Positions 45,149 to 55,260 are shown, counted from the stretch's first letter. The stretch: DNA of 64,000 bases from Bdellovibrionales bacterium (GCA_019750295.1 JAIEOS010000048.1:68467-132466), one strand, 5' to 3'. Notes: generated by a model not told the origin, from the letters alone. Translations and numbers: made by a program.

Positions 45149-47797
45149 ATGCTTAATTTACTGACCAAGGTCTTCGGCACTCAGCATGAGCGCGAAATGA
45201 AGTCCATTCGCCCAATCATCGATCGTATTAATCAGCTTGAATCTAAAATGCAGGCGATGAGCGATGCGGAACTTCAAAATCAGACTCCGTTGTTCAAACA
45301 GCGCCTTGCCGCGGGGGAAACTCTCGACGATATTTTACCAGAGGCCTTCGCCGTATGCCGTGAAGCGGGTAAACGCGTCCTTAATATGCGCCACTACGAC
45401 ACCCAGTTGATCGGTGGATACATTCTCCATCGCGGATCCATCGCCGAGATGAGAACGGGTGAAGGTAAAACTTTAGTGGGAACATTACCCGTGTACCTGA
45501 ATGCCCTGAGTGGAAAAGGTGTGCACGTCGTAACTGTCAACGATTACCTCGCAAAGCGGGATGCGGAGTGGATGGGTCGTTTGTACAAATGGCTCGGACT
45601 TTCCATTGGAATCATTGTTCACGATTTGGATGATTCGGAGAGGCAAGCAGCTTACGCCGCGGATATTACCTATGCGACCAACAACGAATTAGGTTTTGAT
45701 TATCTCCGCGATAATATGAAGTTTAGACTTTCCGATTACGTCCAGAGAGATTTAAATTTTGCGATTGTCGATGAGTGTGATTCGATTTTGATCGACGAAG
45801 CGAGAACGCCATTGATCATCTCGGGGCCGGCAGAGGACAACACGGCCATTTATCAAGAAATACAAAATATAGTAAAGCATCTTAAGCCAGAAATTCACTT
45901 CACCATGGAAGAAAAATCTCGATCCGTGGCGGTGACCGAAGAGGGCAATGCGAAGTTAGAAGAGTTGATGGGTGTGGAAAACATTTACGATCCTCAACAC
46001 ATCGATAAGCTCCACAATATTTACCAAGCTCTTAAAGCCAACCATTTATTTAAGATCGACGTGGATTACATGGTCAAAGATAACGAGATCGTCATCGTGG
46101 ATGAGTTCACAGGTCGACTCATGGAGGGCCGACGCTGGAGTGATGGGCTACACCAAGCTGTTGAAGCTAAAGAAGGTGTAAAAATTAAAAACGAAAGCCA
46201 AACGCTAGCTTCAATCACGTTCCAAAACTACTTCCGAATGTACAAAAAACTTTCGGGCATGACGGGAACGGCGGACACCGAAGCCGCGGAATTTCGCAAA
46301 ATTTATAACTTAGGTGTTTCGGTCATCCCTACCAATCGCCCGATGATTCGTAAAGATTTAGAAGACGTAGTTTACAAAAGCGAAGCGGGAAAGTTCAACG
46401 CCATTATCAAAGACATCATCGAACGTCGAAACAAAGGTCAACCCTCTCTCGTCGGTACCGTCAGTATCGAAAAATCAGAAGCCCTGGGACGCGCGCTCAC
46501 GGCACAAAAAATTCCGCACACGGTTCTCAATGCCAAATATCACGAGAAGGAAGCAGAAATCGTCGCCCAAGCAGGACGAAAAGCCGCAGTGACGATTGCG
46601 ACCAACATGGCCGGTCGAGGAACTGATATTATCTTAGGTGGAAACGCCGAGTTCATGACCAAAGCCGCCACCAACGAACCTCCGGGTTCCCCGACCTACG
46701 AAAAACTGTATGCCGATTTTAAACGTCAGTGCGAAAACGAAAAGCAAGAAGTGCTGGCCGCGGGTGGATTGTACATCGTCGGTACAGAGAGGCACGAATC
46801 CCGTCGTATCGATAATCAGTTACGCGGTCGTTCGGGTCGTCAAGGGGATCCTGGTGCCACTCAGTTTTACCTTTCTTTGGAAGACGATCTCATGCGCAAA
46901 TTTAACGGCGAGCGCATTAAAAAAATCATGGATACGTTAAACGTTCCTGATGATGAACCTATCACCGCGAGAATGGTGACCCGTTCGATCGAAGGAGCTC
47001 AACGAAAGGTCGAGGGTCATAACTTTGATATTCGTAAGCATCTCTTGGAATTTGATGATGTGATGAATCTTCAGAGAACCAAGATCTACTCGATGCGACG
47101 CGAGCTTCTCGAGGAGGACGGCACGGACAACACGCGCATCGAGGCTAAAATTAAAGAAATGATGGCCGATATCGTCTCTGATATGTTGGATACCTATGCC
47201 AACGAGCAAGTGAAACGCAGTGATTGGGATCTTGCGGGCTTCAAAGTCGCTCTGGAGCAACAGTTTGGTGTGGAAATCGATTTTCCGGCAAACATTACGT
47301 CTGATGATCTTGTCCAAAAAGTTCAAGTGGCCGTGAGTGAAAAGTACGATTCTCAAAAGCGTGCGATGAACACGATCTTTAATGACGTGCAAAAGAGCTT
47401 AATCCTGGGAGCGATTGATCACTACTGGAAGGAACATCTTTATAGGGTCGACCGGATTCGCGAATTCGTAAATCTCAAGGCTTATGCCCAAAAAGATCCG
47501 TTGATGGAGTATCGCAAGGAAACTTTCCAGGCCTTTGCGGATATGGAACGCTATATTCGAAATGACGTCGTGGAGAAATTCTTAAAGCTTAAGGTTGTCC
47601 TCGAGAGACGAGAGCAAGACATCGAAGACACTCAAGAGGTGAATACCGAAATCCTCGATGCTCTTCGCCCGAAGCAGCCCCAAAAGATGACGATGTCCTC
47701 CGGTCCGTCTTTAGACGGGGGCGGAGATTCGCAGATGAGTCGCAACCAACGCCGAACAATCGAAAAAGATAAAAAGAAAAAGAAAAAACTTTTTTAA
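45149..47797 (+). CDS. secA: preprotein translocase ATPase SecA
   Basis: 882 aa with [10 protein letters not shown] and [21 protein letters not shown]. The C-terminus is Lys-rich and lacks the Cys/His zinc-binding tail. Confidence 0.97.
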   Translation: MLNLLTKVFGTQHEREMKSIRPIIDRINQLESKMQAMSDAELQNQTPLFKQRLAAGETLDDILPEAFAVCREAGKRVLNMRHYDTQLIGGYILHRGSIAEMRTGEGKTLVGTLPVYLNALSGKGVHVVTVNDYLAKRDAEWMGRLYKWLGLSIGIIVHDLDDSERQAAYAADITYATNNELGFDYLRDNMKFRLSDYVQRDLNFAIVDECDSILIDEARTPLIISGPAEDNTAIYQEIQNIVKHLKPEIHFTMEEKSRSVAVTEEGNAKLEELMGVENIYDPQHIDKLHNIYQALKANHLFKIDVDYMVKDNEIVIVDEFTGRLMEGRRWSDGLHQAVEAKEGVKIKNESQTLASITFQNYFRMYKKLSGMTGTADTEAAEFRKIYNLGVSVIPTNRPMIRKDLEDVVYKSEAGKFNAIIKDIIERRNKGQPSLVGTVSIEKSEALGRALTAQKIPHTVLNAKYHEKEAEIVAQAGRKAAVTIATNMAGRGTDIILGGNAEFMTKAATNEPPGSPTYEKLYADFKRQCENEKQEVLAAGGLYIVGTERHESRRIDNQLRGRSGRQGDPGATQFYLSLEDDLMRKFNGERIKKIMDTLNVPDDEPITARMVTRSIEGAQRKVEGHNFDIRKHLLEFDDVMNLQRTKIYSMRRELLEEDGTDNTRIEAKIKEMMADIVSDMLDTYANEQVKRSDWDLAGFKVALEQQFGVEIDFPANITSDDLVQKVQVAVSEKYDSQKRAMNTIFNDVQKSLILGAIDHYWKEHLYRVDRIREFVNLKAYAQKDPLMEYRKETFQAFADMERYIRNDVVEKFLKLKVVLERREQDIEDTQEVNTEILDALRPKQPQKMTMSSGPSLDGGGDSQMSRNQRRTIEKDKKKKKKLF

Positions 47798-47809
47798 GGA
47801 TCACCACTG

Positions 47810-48562
47810 ATGGTTATCTGTCCCATTTGTCACGCTGAAATTCTTGTAAGCCCGGGGGCTCTGTTTGCACAGTGCCCCAACGAAAGCTGTGGCACATCTT
47901 TCGAACTGGATGAAAATGGAAACATCGATCCGTCTTCACTCGGCTCGGTGGACGAGGATGTTTCTCCGCAGGACATTGCCGGCGCTTCCGAGAATTACGA
48001 AAATCCCGAAGTGATCGAGCAATATGATATTAGCACGATCAATTCATCGGTCGAAGAGGTCGAAGATTCGTTTATGGCGGGGTACGATGCCGAGGCCGCC
48101 GGAGGCGAAGTCGTACAAGATGCTGTGGCTGGCGATTCGGTCTCCGAAGAAATTCCTGAACAAGCTCCGATCGACGAGGATTATCGTGAAGACTGGAATG
48201 AAGTCGCGCAGGCGCAAGAGGACGCGGAGAATGCTCCGGATCCCATCGGAGTCGTGGCTTACGACAAAACTGATAACTCGCAATCTATTCAAGGAATTTT
48301 TTACGACATCATTTTAGAAAATCTCGATACTATCGATATTAAAACTGCACTTTTCAAAATTTTAGAACAGGCCCGCTTTGGAATTAATGTGGAAGCCGCT
48401 CGACGCTCGCTTAAGGGAGGGGAGTTGGTCCTCACGGATCTCAACCCTGTGGTTGCATCTGTTTTGATCGGACAACTTCGTGATCTCGATATTAAAATCA
48501 GCTGGCGCCAAAGTTTAGCGATCATGGATAATTCTGAAAGTCCCCCAGAGGAGGAAGCATGA
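47810..48562 (+). CDS. zinc-ribbon protein with an acidic linker, hypothetical
   Basis: 250 aa. The N-terminal zinc ribbon is CPICHAEILVSPGALFAQCPNESC, the middle is D/E-rich, and the ~70-aa C-terminal domain looks folded. Confidence 0.6.
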   Translation: MVICPICHAEILVSPGALFAQCPNESCGTSFELDENGNIDPSSLGSVDEDVSPQDIAGASENYENPEVIEQYDISTINSSVEEVEDSFMAGYDAEAAGGEVVQDAVAGDSVSEEIPEQAPIDEDYREDWNEVAQAQEDAENAPDPIGVVAYDKTDNSQSIQGIFYDIILENLDTIDIKTALFKILEQARFGINVEAARRSLKGGELVLTDLNPVVASVLIGQLRDLDIKISWRQSLAIMDNSESPPEEEA

Positions 48563-49194
48563 TGCTTTTAGTTTCTCTAGTCATACAGATCTTTGTTTAC
48601 GCGGGCCCTCTGGCCCAGCACGAAACTCAATTGGAGTCGATCGACAAGCGAATTCGTGTTGAGGAAGAGACCCTTAAAGATTTAGAGATCAATAAAACGA
48701 ATGCCCGAGAGGGAAAAGAGCTCGAAGAAATTCTTGATGGAATTGCCACAATCCACATGAAGCTTTTAAAAATTCGCAGAGAACGGGCCGAGCTTAAACG
48801 GCATTTACGAAACGAACATCCCGATGATGATCTGATCTTTGATGCTCGTCTTCACAAAGATAATCGTGAGAAAAAAAACGAAACTTCCAATGATCCGGTG
48901 GACAAGAAGTTGGATGATCTTCTTAAGTTAATGCAAAAGCAATACGCGCGCTTCGTACAGCAGAAGAAAACTGTATCGCCGAATTCACCAGCGCCGCCGC
49001 CTTTAGAAGTCGAGAGCGCAGTGGAAACCAATAAAGAGCGGTACTTAAATAAAGCGATCCAAACCCAAATGCGAGTCAAAAACAACGGCCCCGCTCCTAA
49101 GCAAGATGCGCACGCCATTCCCGCTCCAGCTAAGACCGACAAAGCACATCCACCCACAGAACCCAAAGACCCCCACGGGAAATCCCACCACTGA
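48559..49194 (+). CDS. hypothetical protein with hydrophobic N-terminus, coiled coil and Pro/His-rich tail
   Basis: 211 aa. ATGA overlap with the preceding gene, and GAGGAGG lies upstream. No family recognised. Confidence 0.55.
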   Translation: MMLLVSLVIQIFVYAGPLAQHETQLESIDKRIRVEEETLKDLEINKTNAREGKELEEILDGIATIHMKLLKIRRERAELKRHLRNEHPDDDLIFDARLHKDNREKKNETSNDPVDKKLDDLLKLMQKQYARFVQQKKTVSPNSPAPPPLEVESAVETNKERYLNKAIQTQMRVKNNGPAPKQDAHAIPAPAKTDKAHPPTEPKDPHGKSHH

Positions 49195-49204
49195 AGAGCA
49201 CGCG

Positions 49205-49231
49205 GTCATTCTGAGCGCAGCGAAGAATCTC
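49205..49231 (+). repeat. copy 5 of the dispersed 27-nt element
   Basis: GTCATTCTGAGCGCAGCGAAGAATCTC, 10 nt after the stop codon at 49192..49194. Confidence 0.7.
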
Positions 49232-49277
49232 GTCTGAAAGATCCACACTTTTTTATCTTTTCTTGGGACATTTAAGA

Positions 49278-49622
49278 CTAAATAGGCTCGTAGTCTGATC
49301 GTTGAGGTCCAATGTCTCGACGTTCAGACTTAGGCTCGCCGCCTTTATCTTTGTAGACGACTTTTCCGTTCTCGAACCAAATTTCCTTTTCGTACACGGC
49401 GGGCCTGTTTGTGGAGTCTTCACTGCGGAAGTAGTAAACCCAGCGGTCGACGCTGCTCTTGCGATAGGTGCGGTCTGGATTACCTAAGAGGTGTAACACG
49501 TAACCTTTGTCGCTACCGATTGGAATTTTTTCGTAGTCCTTTTGGGGCGAGCTGGCGCAGCCCGGGATCAAAATAATACATAGGAATAGATATGCTAGGC
49601 TTTTCACGTCTATTATTATCAC
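49278..49622 (-). CDS. lipoprotein with SmpA/OmlA (BamE-like) domain
   Basis: The lipobox is LIPGC. The pattern GSDKGYVLHLLGNPDRTY...DRWVYYF...IWFENGKVVY is BamE-like. The start is GTG 49622, or GTG 49607 giving MKSLAYLF. Confidence 0.5.
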   Translation of the reverse strand: MIIIDVKSLAYLFLCIILIPGCASSPQKDYEKIPIGSDKGYVLHLLGNPDRTYRKSSVDRWVYYFRSEDSTNRPAVYEKEIWFENGKVVYKDKGGEPKSERRDIGPQRSDYEPI

Positions 49623-49644
49623 TGAGTTGATATGGGAAATCCAC

Positions 49645-49659
49645 TTGATTTAAGATCAA
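49645..49659. promoter_or_regulatory. inverted repeat TTGAT-N5-ATCAA upstream of the cytochrome oxidase cluster
   Basis: TTGATTTAAGATCAA lies 35 nt upstream of ATG 49694. It resembles FNR/CRP-family half-sites, but the canonical FNR box has a 4-nt spacer. Confidence 0.25.
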
Positions 49660-49693
49660 TGAAGTGAGAAAAAGTACGCACTAGGAGATCACA

Positions 49694-49885
49694 ATGTCAG
49701 ACTACAAAATAGACGATTACAACCGTGGCGGAATGATTGCTTTCATGTTTTCGATGGTCGTGACGACACTATTTTTCGTTTACATTGCCTTTGTTCATCC
49801 TGGTGTTGACCTTAAAGAGATTCAGGCACCCGAAAAGAAAGAAGCTCCAGTTGCGAATCCTAACCCCGAGCCGGCGTCTAACTAA
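49694..49885 (+). CDS. small single-TM membrane protein, hypothetical
   Basis: 63 aa. A strong AGGAG lies 7 nt upstream of the ATG. The TM segment is MIAFMFSMVVTTLFFVYIAFV. It is the first gene of the oxidase cluster. Confidence 0.5.
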   Translation: MSDYKIDDYNRGGMIAFMFSMVVTTLFFVYIAFVHPGVDLKEIQAPEKKEAPVANPNPEPASN

Positions 49886-49907
49886 TAGAGGACTCCGCTC
49901 CTATATA

Positions 49908-50711
49908 TTGGGAGTGATTTTCATTTTCTTCACTCCGCCAGCGTTTTCCTACGATCCCACTCAAACTGAGCGAGAGCAGAACGAAATTCCCAAAGAGCTG
50001 CGAAATATCGGGATTGATGAAAAATTAGGACATAATTTAAAAGATCTTTCCATCCAACTCGTAGATGATGATGGAACTCCCAGGAAGTTCGGTGATCTTC
50101 TAACGCCGCGCCGCCCAATCATTTTGAGTCTCGTCTATTTTAACTGCCCGAGCCTTTGTAATTTGCATCTCAACGGGGTTTTGGACTCTCTTCAGCAGAT
50201 TTCTCTTAAGCCTGGCGAGGATTACGAAATTCTGGCGGTCAGCTTTGATCCTAAAGAGAATTCTGATCTGGCCGCCGCTAAAAAATTGACCTACCTTGCA
50301 AAGTACGAATTTCTGAAAAAAGGTGAGGGGATTCATTTTCTTACGGGCGATGAAAACTCTTTGAAAACGCTTGCTGATACCATAGGATTTAAATATAAAT
50401 GGGACGAAACAAGTAAAGAATGGGCGCATGCTTCTGCAGCAGTCATTATTACTCCTGAGGGAACGATATCTAGATATCTCCATGGGGTGTACTTCGAGCC
50501 AAAGACGTTTCGACTCAGCATTGTCGAAGCATCTAAGGGACTAATTGGTTCGGTCATTGATTCTGTGATGCTTTTTTGTTTCCGCTACGACCCGAAAGCG
50601 AACAAGTACGCTTGGTACGCTTTCAATGTAATGAGAGGCGGAGCAGCATTTGCCTTGCTAGTTTTGTTAATCTGGCTAGTTCCGTTTTGGATGAGACAAC
50701 AGAGGAGTTAA
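49908..50711 (+). CDS. SCO1/SenC family copper chaperone (start uncertain)
   Basis: The thioredoxin-like CxxxC motif is YFNCPSLC, with a conserved His further on. The protein has an N-terminal and a C-terminal TM segment. TTG 49908 and GTG 49914 are the candidate starts. The ORF-track ATG 49785 would overlap the small ORF almost completely. Confidence 0.75.
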   Translation: MGVIFIFFTPPAFSYDPTQTEREQNEIPKELRNIGIDEKLGHNLKDLSIQLVDDDGTPRKFGDLLTPRRPIILSLVYFNCPSLCNLHLNGVLDSLQQISLKPGEDYEILAVSFDPKENSDLAAAKKLTYLAKYEFLKKGEGIHFLTGDENSLKTLADTIGFKYKWDETSKEWAHASAAVIITPEGTISRYLHGVYFEPKTFRLSIVEASKGLIGSVIDSVMLFCFRYDPKANKYAWYAFNVMRGGAAFALLVLLIWLVPFWMRQQRS

Positions 50712-50716
50712 TAATC

Positions 50717-51733
50717 ATGTTCTGGTGGGTACCAACCGCGTCTGCAAATACCTTCATGCCACCGGCTGCAACAAAGATCGCCGCAGAGGTTAACCATCTC
50801 TACGGGTTCATGCTGATTGCCAGTGTAATTTCATTCATCATCCTTATGGGTGCATTCATTTTCTTCGTTGTTAAATACAAACGTAGGTCTGCGAAGGACT
50901 CCACCCCCTACATCACGCACAACCATACCCTCGAGTTTGTGTGGAGTTTTATTCCTTTTGTGATTTTTATGGTTTGCTTCGCATGGGGTGCACACATTTA
51001 CTTAAAAATGCGCACCTTCGACGAAGGGGCCATGGAAGTTCACGTTTTTGGAAAGAAATGGGCTTGGGAATTTGAATATAAAAACGGTCGACGCGTGACT
51101 GCGGAAGTGAATGCCGAAGGCCAACAGGTTCCTGCGACGATGGTCGTTCCATTAGGTGTGCCTGTGAAGCTCATCATGACTTCAGTCAAGCTCAGCCCGC
51201 AAGACAAAGCGGTACTCCATAGCTTTTTCATTCCTGCCTTCCGCGTAAAGCAAGATGTGGTCCCCGGAAGATATTCGGCGCTCAGTTTTACAGCCGAACA
51301 AAAAGGGATGTTCCAGATTTTCTGTACTGAGTATTGTGGTACGGGCCACTCGACAATGTTGGCGCGCGTTCATGTCGTTTCTCAAGAAGAGTTTGATGCA
51401 TGGATTATGGGCGACGGCGCGGCCGGTAGTGGTGAGCTTTCTATGGCGGACAAGGGTCGCCAAGCCTACGCCAAGTACGCTTGTATCGGTTGTCACAGCT
51501 TAGGCGGGCAAGTGATGACAGGCCCAACATGGAAAGGTCTGTGGGGCTCCAAACGCGAATTTAATGACGGTGGATCTGCGGTGGCTGACGAAAACTATCT
51601 CCGTGAATCGATCTGGGAACCTAACAAGCATATCGTTAAAGGCTACGAGCCGAACAAAATGCCGACGTTTAAAGGTTTGATCAATGACGAAGAGTTAACC
51701 GCACTTATTGAATATATTAAGACTATTAAATAG
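50717..51733 (+). CDS. ctaC: cytochrome c oxidase subunit II with fused C-terminal cytochrome c domain (caa3-type)
   Basis: AGAGGAG lies upstream of ATG 50717. The protein has two TM helices, the CuA site CTEYCGTGHSTM and the heme c motif CIGCHS. Confidence 0.93.
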   Translation: MFWWVPTASANTFMPPAATKIAAEVNHLYGFMLIASVISFIILMGAFIFFVVKYKRRSAKDSTPYITHNHTLEFVWSFIPFVIFMVCFAWGAHIYLKMRTFDEGAMEVHVFGKKWAWEFEYKNGRRVTAEVNAEGQQVPATMVVPLGVPVKLIMTSVKLSPQDKAVLHSFFIPAFRVKQDVVPGRYSALSFTAEQKGMFQIFCTEYCGTGHSTMLARVHVVSQEEFDAWIMGDGAAGSGELSMADKGRQAYAKYACIGCHSLGGQVMTGPTWKGLWGSKREFNDGGSAVADENYLRESIWEPNKHIVKGYEPNKMPTFKGLINDEELTALIEYIKTIK

Positions 51734-51745
51734 AGGAGACGACAA

Positions 51746-53320
51746 ATGGCTGGAGTCGATTACTTACATTACGGGAAACGCGGTTTGATGTCGTGGCTTG
51801 GATCTTTAGATCACAAGCGCATTGCGATTTTGTACTTCTTTTCAGTCGCGTTCTTTTTCTTATTGGGCGGAATATTTGCTTTGCTGGTCAGGTTGGAACT
51901 GTTCAACCACGGCGCGCTTTTCTCTCAAGACCAATACAATAGATTTATGACGTATCACGGGGCCATCATGGTCTTCTTCGTGATCATTCCGGGTATTCCG
52001 GCCATTCTAGGGAACTTCTTTTTACCGTTGCTGATCGGTGCGAAAGACGTGGCGTTCCCGAGAGTGAATCTAATGAGTTGGTACTGCTTGATGGCAGGAT
52101 TTATCATCGCTGCTGCGACGTTGTTCCTCGGCGGAGTGGACACCGGTTGGACGTTCTACACTCCTTATAGCATTAGCTACAAACCGGCGACTGTTCTCAT
52201 GGCCTTTGCGGTTTTTGTGGCTGGTTTTTCCTCGATCCTGACCGGGGTGAACTTCGTGGCGACGGTGCATCGCTTAAGAGCGCCCGGAATGACAATGATG
52301 CGAATGCCTCTGTTTGTGTGGGCCATTTACTCAACAGCGATCCTTCAAGTTCTAGCGACTCCGATCATTGGTATCACTGTATTGTTACTAGCCATGGAGA
52401 ATATTTTTGGTATCGGAATCTTCGATCCTGAGTTGGGCGGCGATCCGGTGCTTTTCCAGCATTTTTTCTGGTTCTACTCACATCCTGCAGTTTACATCAT
52501 GGTTTTACCAGCCATGGGTGTGATCAGCGAGTTGCTCTGTACGTTTTCTCGTAAGACGATTTTTGGATATACGGCGATTGCGTATTCATCGATTGCCATT
52601 GCGGCAATCAGTTTCCTCGTATGGGGTCACCACATGTTTACGAGTGGTCAGTCGGAATTGACCGGAATCACTTTTTCAGTTTTGACCATGTTCGTGGGTG
52701 TGCCGACGGCGATTAAGTTATTCAATTGGCTGGCCACTTTGTATCGTGGTTCTATACAAATGGTGACGCCAATGTTGTACGCATTAGGCTTCATGTTCAT
52801 TTTCACTATTGGCGGTATGACGGGGATTTACCTTGCAACACTCGCGACAGATATTCACTTCCACGATACGTATTTCGTCGTCGCTCACTTCCATTACGTG
52901 ATGGTCGGCGGAACATTGATGGCCATCATGGGTGGAGCCTATTATTGGCTCCCGAAGATGGTGGGTCGCATGTACAACGAAGCGTGGGCTCGGATTTCTT
53001 TTGTGATCATTTTCGTTGGATTTAATGTTACATTTTTCCCTCAGTTTATTCTCGGAAACATGGGTATGCCTCGCCGCTATCATGATTATCTTCCGGCCTA
53101 TCAATCTCTCAATAAGATTTCGACCATGGGCTCTTGGATGATTGCGGTGGGCTTTATCATCGCTCTTTATACAATTATTCATGCCATCGTTAAAGGAGCT
53201 AAAGCGCCCGCAAATCCTTGGGGTGGTTTGACTCTGGAGTGGACGGCACCGTCTCCTCCTCCTCACGAAAACTTCGAAAAAACACCAGTTGTTACGGCAG
53301 GTCCATATGAGTACAGATAG
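51746..53320 (+). CDS. ctaD: cytochrome c oxidase subunit I
   Basis: 524 aa and highly hydrophobic. Heme-copper oxidase blocks are present ([30 protein letters not shown]). Confidence 0.97.
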   Translation: MAGVDYLHYGKRGLMSWLGSLDHKRIAILYFFSVAFFFLLGGIFALLVRLELFNHGALFSQDQYNRFMTYHGAIMVFFVIIPGIPAILGNFFLPLLIGAKDVAFPRVNLMSWYCLMAGFIIAAATLFLGGVDTGWTFYTPYSISYKPATVLMAFAVFVAGFSSILTGVNFVATVHRLRAPGMTMMRMPLFVWAIYSTAILQVLATPIIGITVLLLAMENIFGIGIFDPELGGDPVLFQHFFWFYSHPAVYIMVLPAMGVISELLCTFSRKTIFGYTAIAYSSIAIAAISFLVWGHHMFTSGQSELTGITFSVLTMFVGVPTAIKLFNWLATLYRGSIQMVTPMLYALGFMFIFTIGGMTGIYLATLATDIHFHDTYFVVAHFHYVMVGGTLMAIMGGAYYWLPKMVGRMYNEAWARISFVIIFVGFNVTFFPQFILGNMGMPRRYHDYLPAYQSLNKISTMGSWMIAVGFIIALYTIIHAIVKGAKAPANPWGGLTLEWTAPSPPPHENFEKTPVVTAGPYEYR

Positions 53321-53975
53321 CAAAAGCATGGCTCACGCAGAGCACGAACACCACTATGCTCATCACTTTGATAGTGCAGAGCATGAGTATCTCTCCAGTA
53401 AAGAGGGAGTTTGGCTCTTTCTATGTTCAGAGATTTTAATGTTTGGCGGTTTGTTCGCCGCTTATTTTATTTATCACAACATGTACCCCGCAGTTTTCCA
53501 CGCGGGGTCTCATCACTTGGATTGGAAGCTGGGCGCGCTGAACACGGTAGTACTTTTGACAAGTTCACTTACAATGGCTTTAGGCGTTCACTATTGTCAG
53601 ACGAACAATCGCAAAATGGCGGTGATGAATTTATCCGCGACGATCGTTTGCGGCGCTTTGTTTATGATCGTGAAATACATGGAGTACAGCCATAAGATTC
53701 ATGAAGGTCTCCTTCCGGGGCTTTGGTTTAGAGGCGATAACGAAGGGATCAGCAATATTGGTCTTTACTTCTCCTTCTACTTTATGATGACCGGTCTCCA
53801 CGGAATTCACGTGGTCGCAGGAATGGCACTGATCGGTTGGGTGCTCGTCCGCACCATGAAAGATGAATTTAGCGATAAGTACTATACTCCAGTCGAAGGC
53901 GTTGGATTATTCTGGCACTTAGTGGATTTAATTTGGATTTTCTTATTCCCGTTACTTTATTTGGTGGGAGGCTAA
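53307..53975 (+). CDS. ctaE: cytochrome c oxidase subunit III
   Basis: The protein is polytopic, with a His-rich N-terminus and the block [16 protein letters not shown]. Starting at ATG 53307 overlaps ctaD by 14 nt; ATG 53328 is an alternative. Confidence 0.88.
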   Translation: MSTDSKSMAHAEHEHHYAHHFDSAEHEYLSSKEGVWLFLCSEILMFGGLFAAYFIYHNMYPAVFHAGSHHLDWKLGALNTVVLLTSSLTMALGVHYCQTNNRKMAVMNLSATIVCGALFMIVKYMEYSHKIHEGLLPGLWFRGDNEGISNIGLYFSFYFMMTGLHGIHVVAGMALIGWVLVRTMKDEFSDKYYTPVEGVGLFWHLVDLIWIFLFPLLYLVGG

Positions 53976-53976
53976 A

Positions 53977-54303
53977 ATGGCAGCAGCAAAAAACGGACAC
54001 GGCGATCATCATGTCATGTCATTGAAAGTCTACTTTACGATTTTCGCGATACTGATTTTCTTTACGGCTCTTACGGTCATTACGGCAAAGCTCATTGATT
54101 TTGGTGGCACAGCGAACGCAATTATAGCTTTCGCGATTGCATTGACCAAAGCATTGCTTGTTATGGGTTACTTTATGCATTTGAAATACGACGAGAAGAT
54201 CTACCGGTACATTATCGGGAGTAGCTTTTTGTTCGTCATACTCTTATTCCTTATCTGTGTGTTAGATTTAGCGACGAGAACACTCCAGCAAAGCACACTG
54301 TAG
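53977..54303 (+). CDS. ctaF: cytochrome c oxidase subunit IV (bacterial caa3-type)
   Basis: 108 aa with three TM segments. GGGAGG lies upstream of the ATG. Its position after subunit III fits the assignment. Confidence 0.8.
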   Translation: MAAAKNGHGDHHVMSLKVYFTIFAILIFFTALTVITAKLIDFGGTANAIIAFAIALTKALLVMGYFMHLKYDEKIYRYIIGSSFLFVILLFLICVLDLATRTLQQSTL

Positions 54304-54311
54304 ATACGGCA

Positions 54312-54376
54312 TCAGTGGGTACCCGGTACCTTTTGCGGATGCGCTGCATCCGCAAAAGGTACCGGGTACCCACTGA
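54312..54376. repeat. 65-bp perfect palindrome P3 (31-bp arms, GCT loop)
   Basis: Arms 54312..54342 and 54346..54376 were verified as exact reverse complements (TCAGTGGGTACCCGGTACCTTTTGCGGATGC / GCATCCGCAAAAGGTACCGGGTACCCACTGA). It fills the 78-nt gap between ctaF and the heme O synthase gene. Confidence 0.9.
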
Positions 54377-54381
54377 AGGAA

Positions 54382-55260
54382 GTGACTGTGCGGAATTTTT
54401 TTGATCTCACGAAATTTGGAATTGTTTGCTTTGTGATTTTCACGGGGACGGCCGCCTATTTTCTATCTCTGCCGCCCATTCAACCTTTGGATTCTACACA
54501 CTTCTTATTTTTCATTCTGAGTTTATACTTTGTAAGCTCTGCCATATTTGCGCTCAATCAATTGCAGGAAGCCGATATCGATGCGCTGATGCCGAGGACG
54601 ATGAATAGACCTCTTCCCTCAGGGCAGTGGTCGAAAATGCCCGTCGCGGTCCTTTGCCTTTCGTTTTTGATGATCGGCTTTTTCTTTGCCTACATGGTGA
54701 GCCTTTGGACTCTCATTTTTCTATTTGCCACTTTAGTCATGTACAACGGGCTCTATACCATGTTTTGGAAGCGACGCTGGGCTTTTGGGGCCGTTCCCGG
54801 AGCTATTCCAGGTTCGATGTCGATCTTGGTGGGGTACGGAGCTAATGGCCAACAGTGGTCGATGGGCTGCTTTTATCTTTTTGTTCTCATGTTCCTGTGG
54901 CAGATGCCTCACTTCTGGGCCCTGGCTCTTCGCTATCAAAAAGATTACGAAGCGGCGAAAATTCCTGTGCTTCCCACCGTCGTCGGCGAGGAACGAACTT
55001 TATACCACATGGGTTTATATGTTTTTGCCTACGCGGCTTGGGCCGTGGCCGCCCCCTGGTTTATTTCGGTATGGATTGGTTATCTCGTAGTGATTTTGCC
55101 ATTCGTTTGCAAAGTGGTTTATGAGTTTTTCACGTATCAAAAAGATCCGAGCAGCCGAAATTGGTTGTCTTTCTTTTTATGGACAACCTTCAGCGTGCTT
55201 GTATTTGTCATTATCCCTGTTTTTGATAAATGGGGGGAATTGGTGTTTTACAGATTATGA
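54382..55260 (+). CDS. ctaB: protoheme IX farnesyltransferase (heme O synthase)
   Basis: 292 aa with a GTG start. It is a polytopic UbiA-family protein (NQLQEADIDALMPRTMNRPLPSG). Confidence 0.88.
   Translation: MTVRNFFDLTKFGIVCFVIFTGTAAYFLSLPPIQPLDSTHFLFFILSLYFVSSAIFALNQLQEADIDALMPRTMNRPLPSGQWSKMPVAVLCLSFLMIGFFFAYMVSLWTLIFLFATLVMYNGLYTMFWKRRWAFGAVPGAIPGSMSILVGYGANGQQWSMGCFYLFVLMFLWQMPHFWALALRYQKDYEAAKIPVLPTVVGEERTLYHMGLYVFAYAAWAVAAPWFISVWIGYLVVILPFVCKVVYEFFTYQKDPSSRNWLSFFLWTTFSVLVFVIIPVFDKWGELVFYRL

Noticed and set aside
47690-47890. Idea that the zinc ribbon at the start of the next gene is the detached SecA C-terminal zinc-binding domain
   Set aside because: The SecA tail motif is a short CxCxSG...C-H segment at a C-terminus. 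This ribbon is CPxC...CPxxxC at the N-terminus of a separate 250-aa protein with its own start. Many SecA proteins simply lack the tail.
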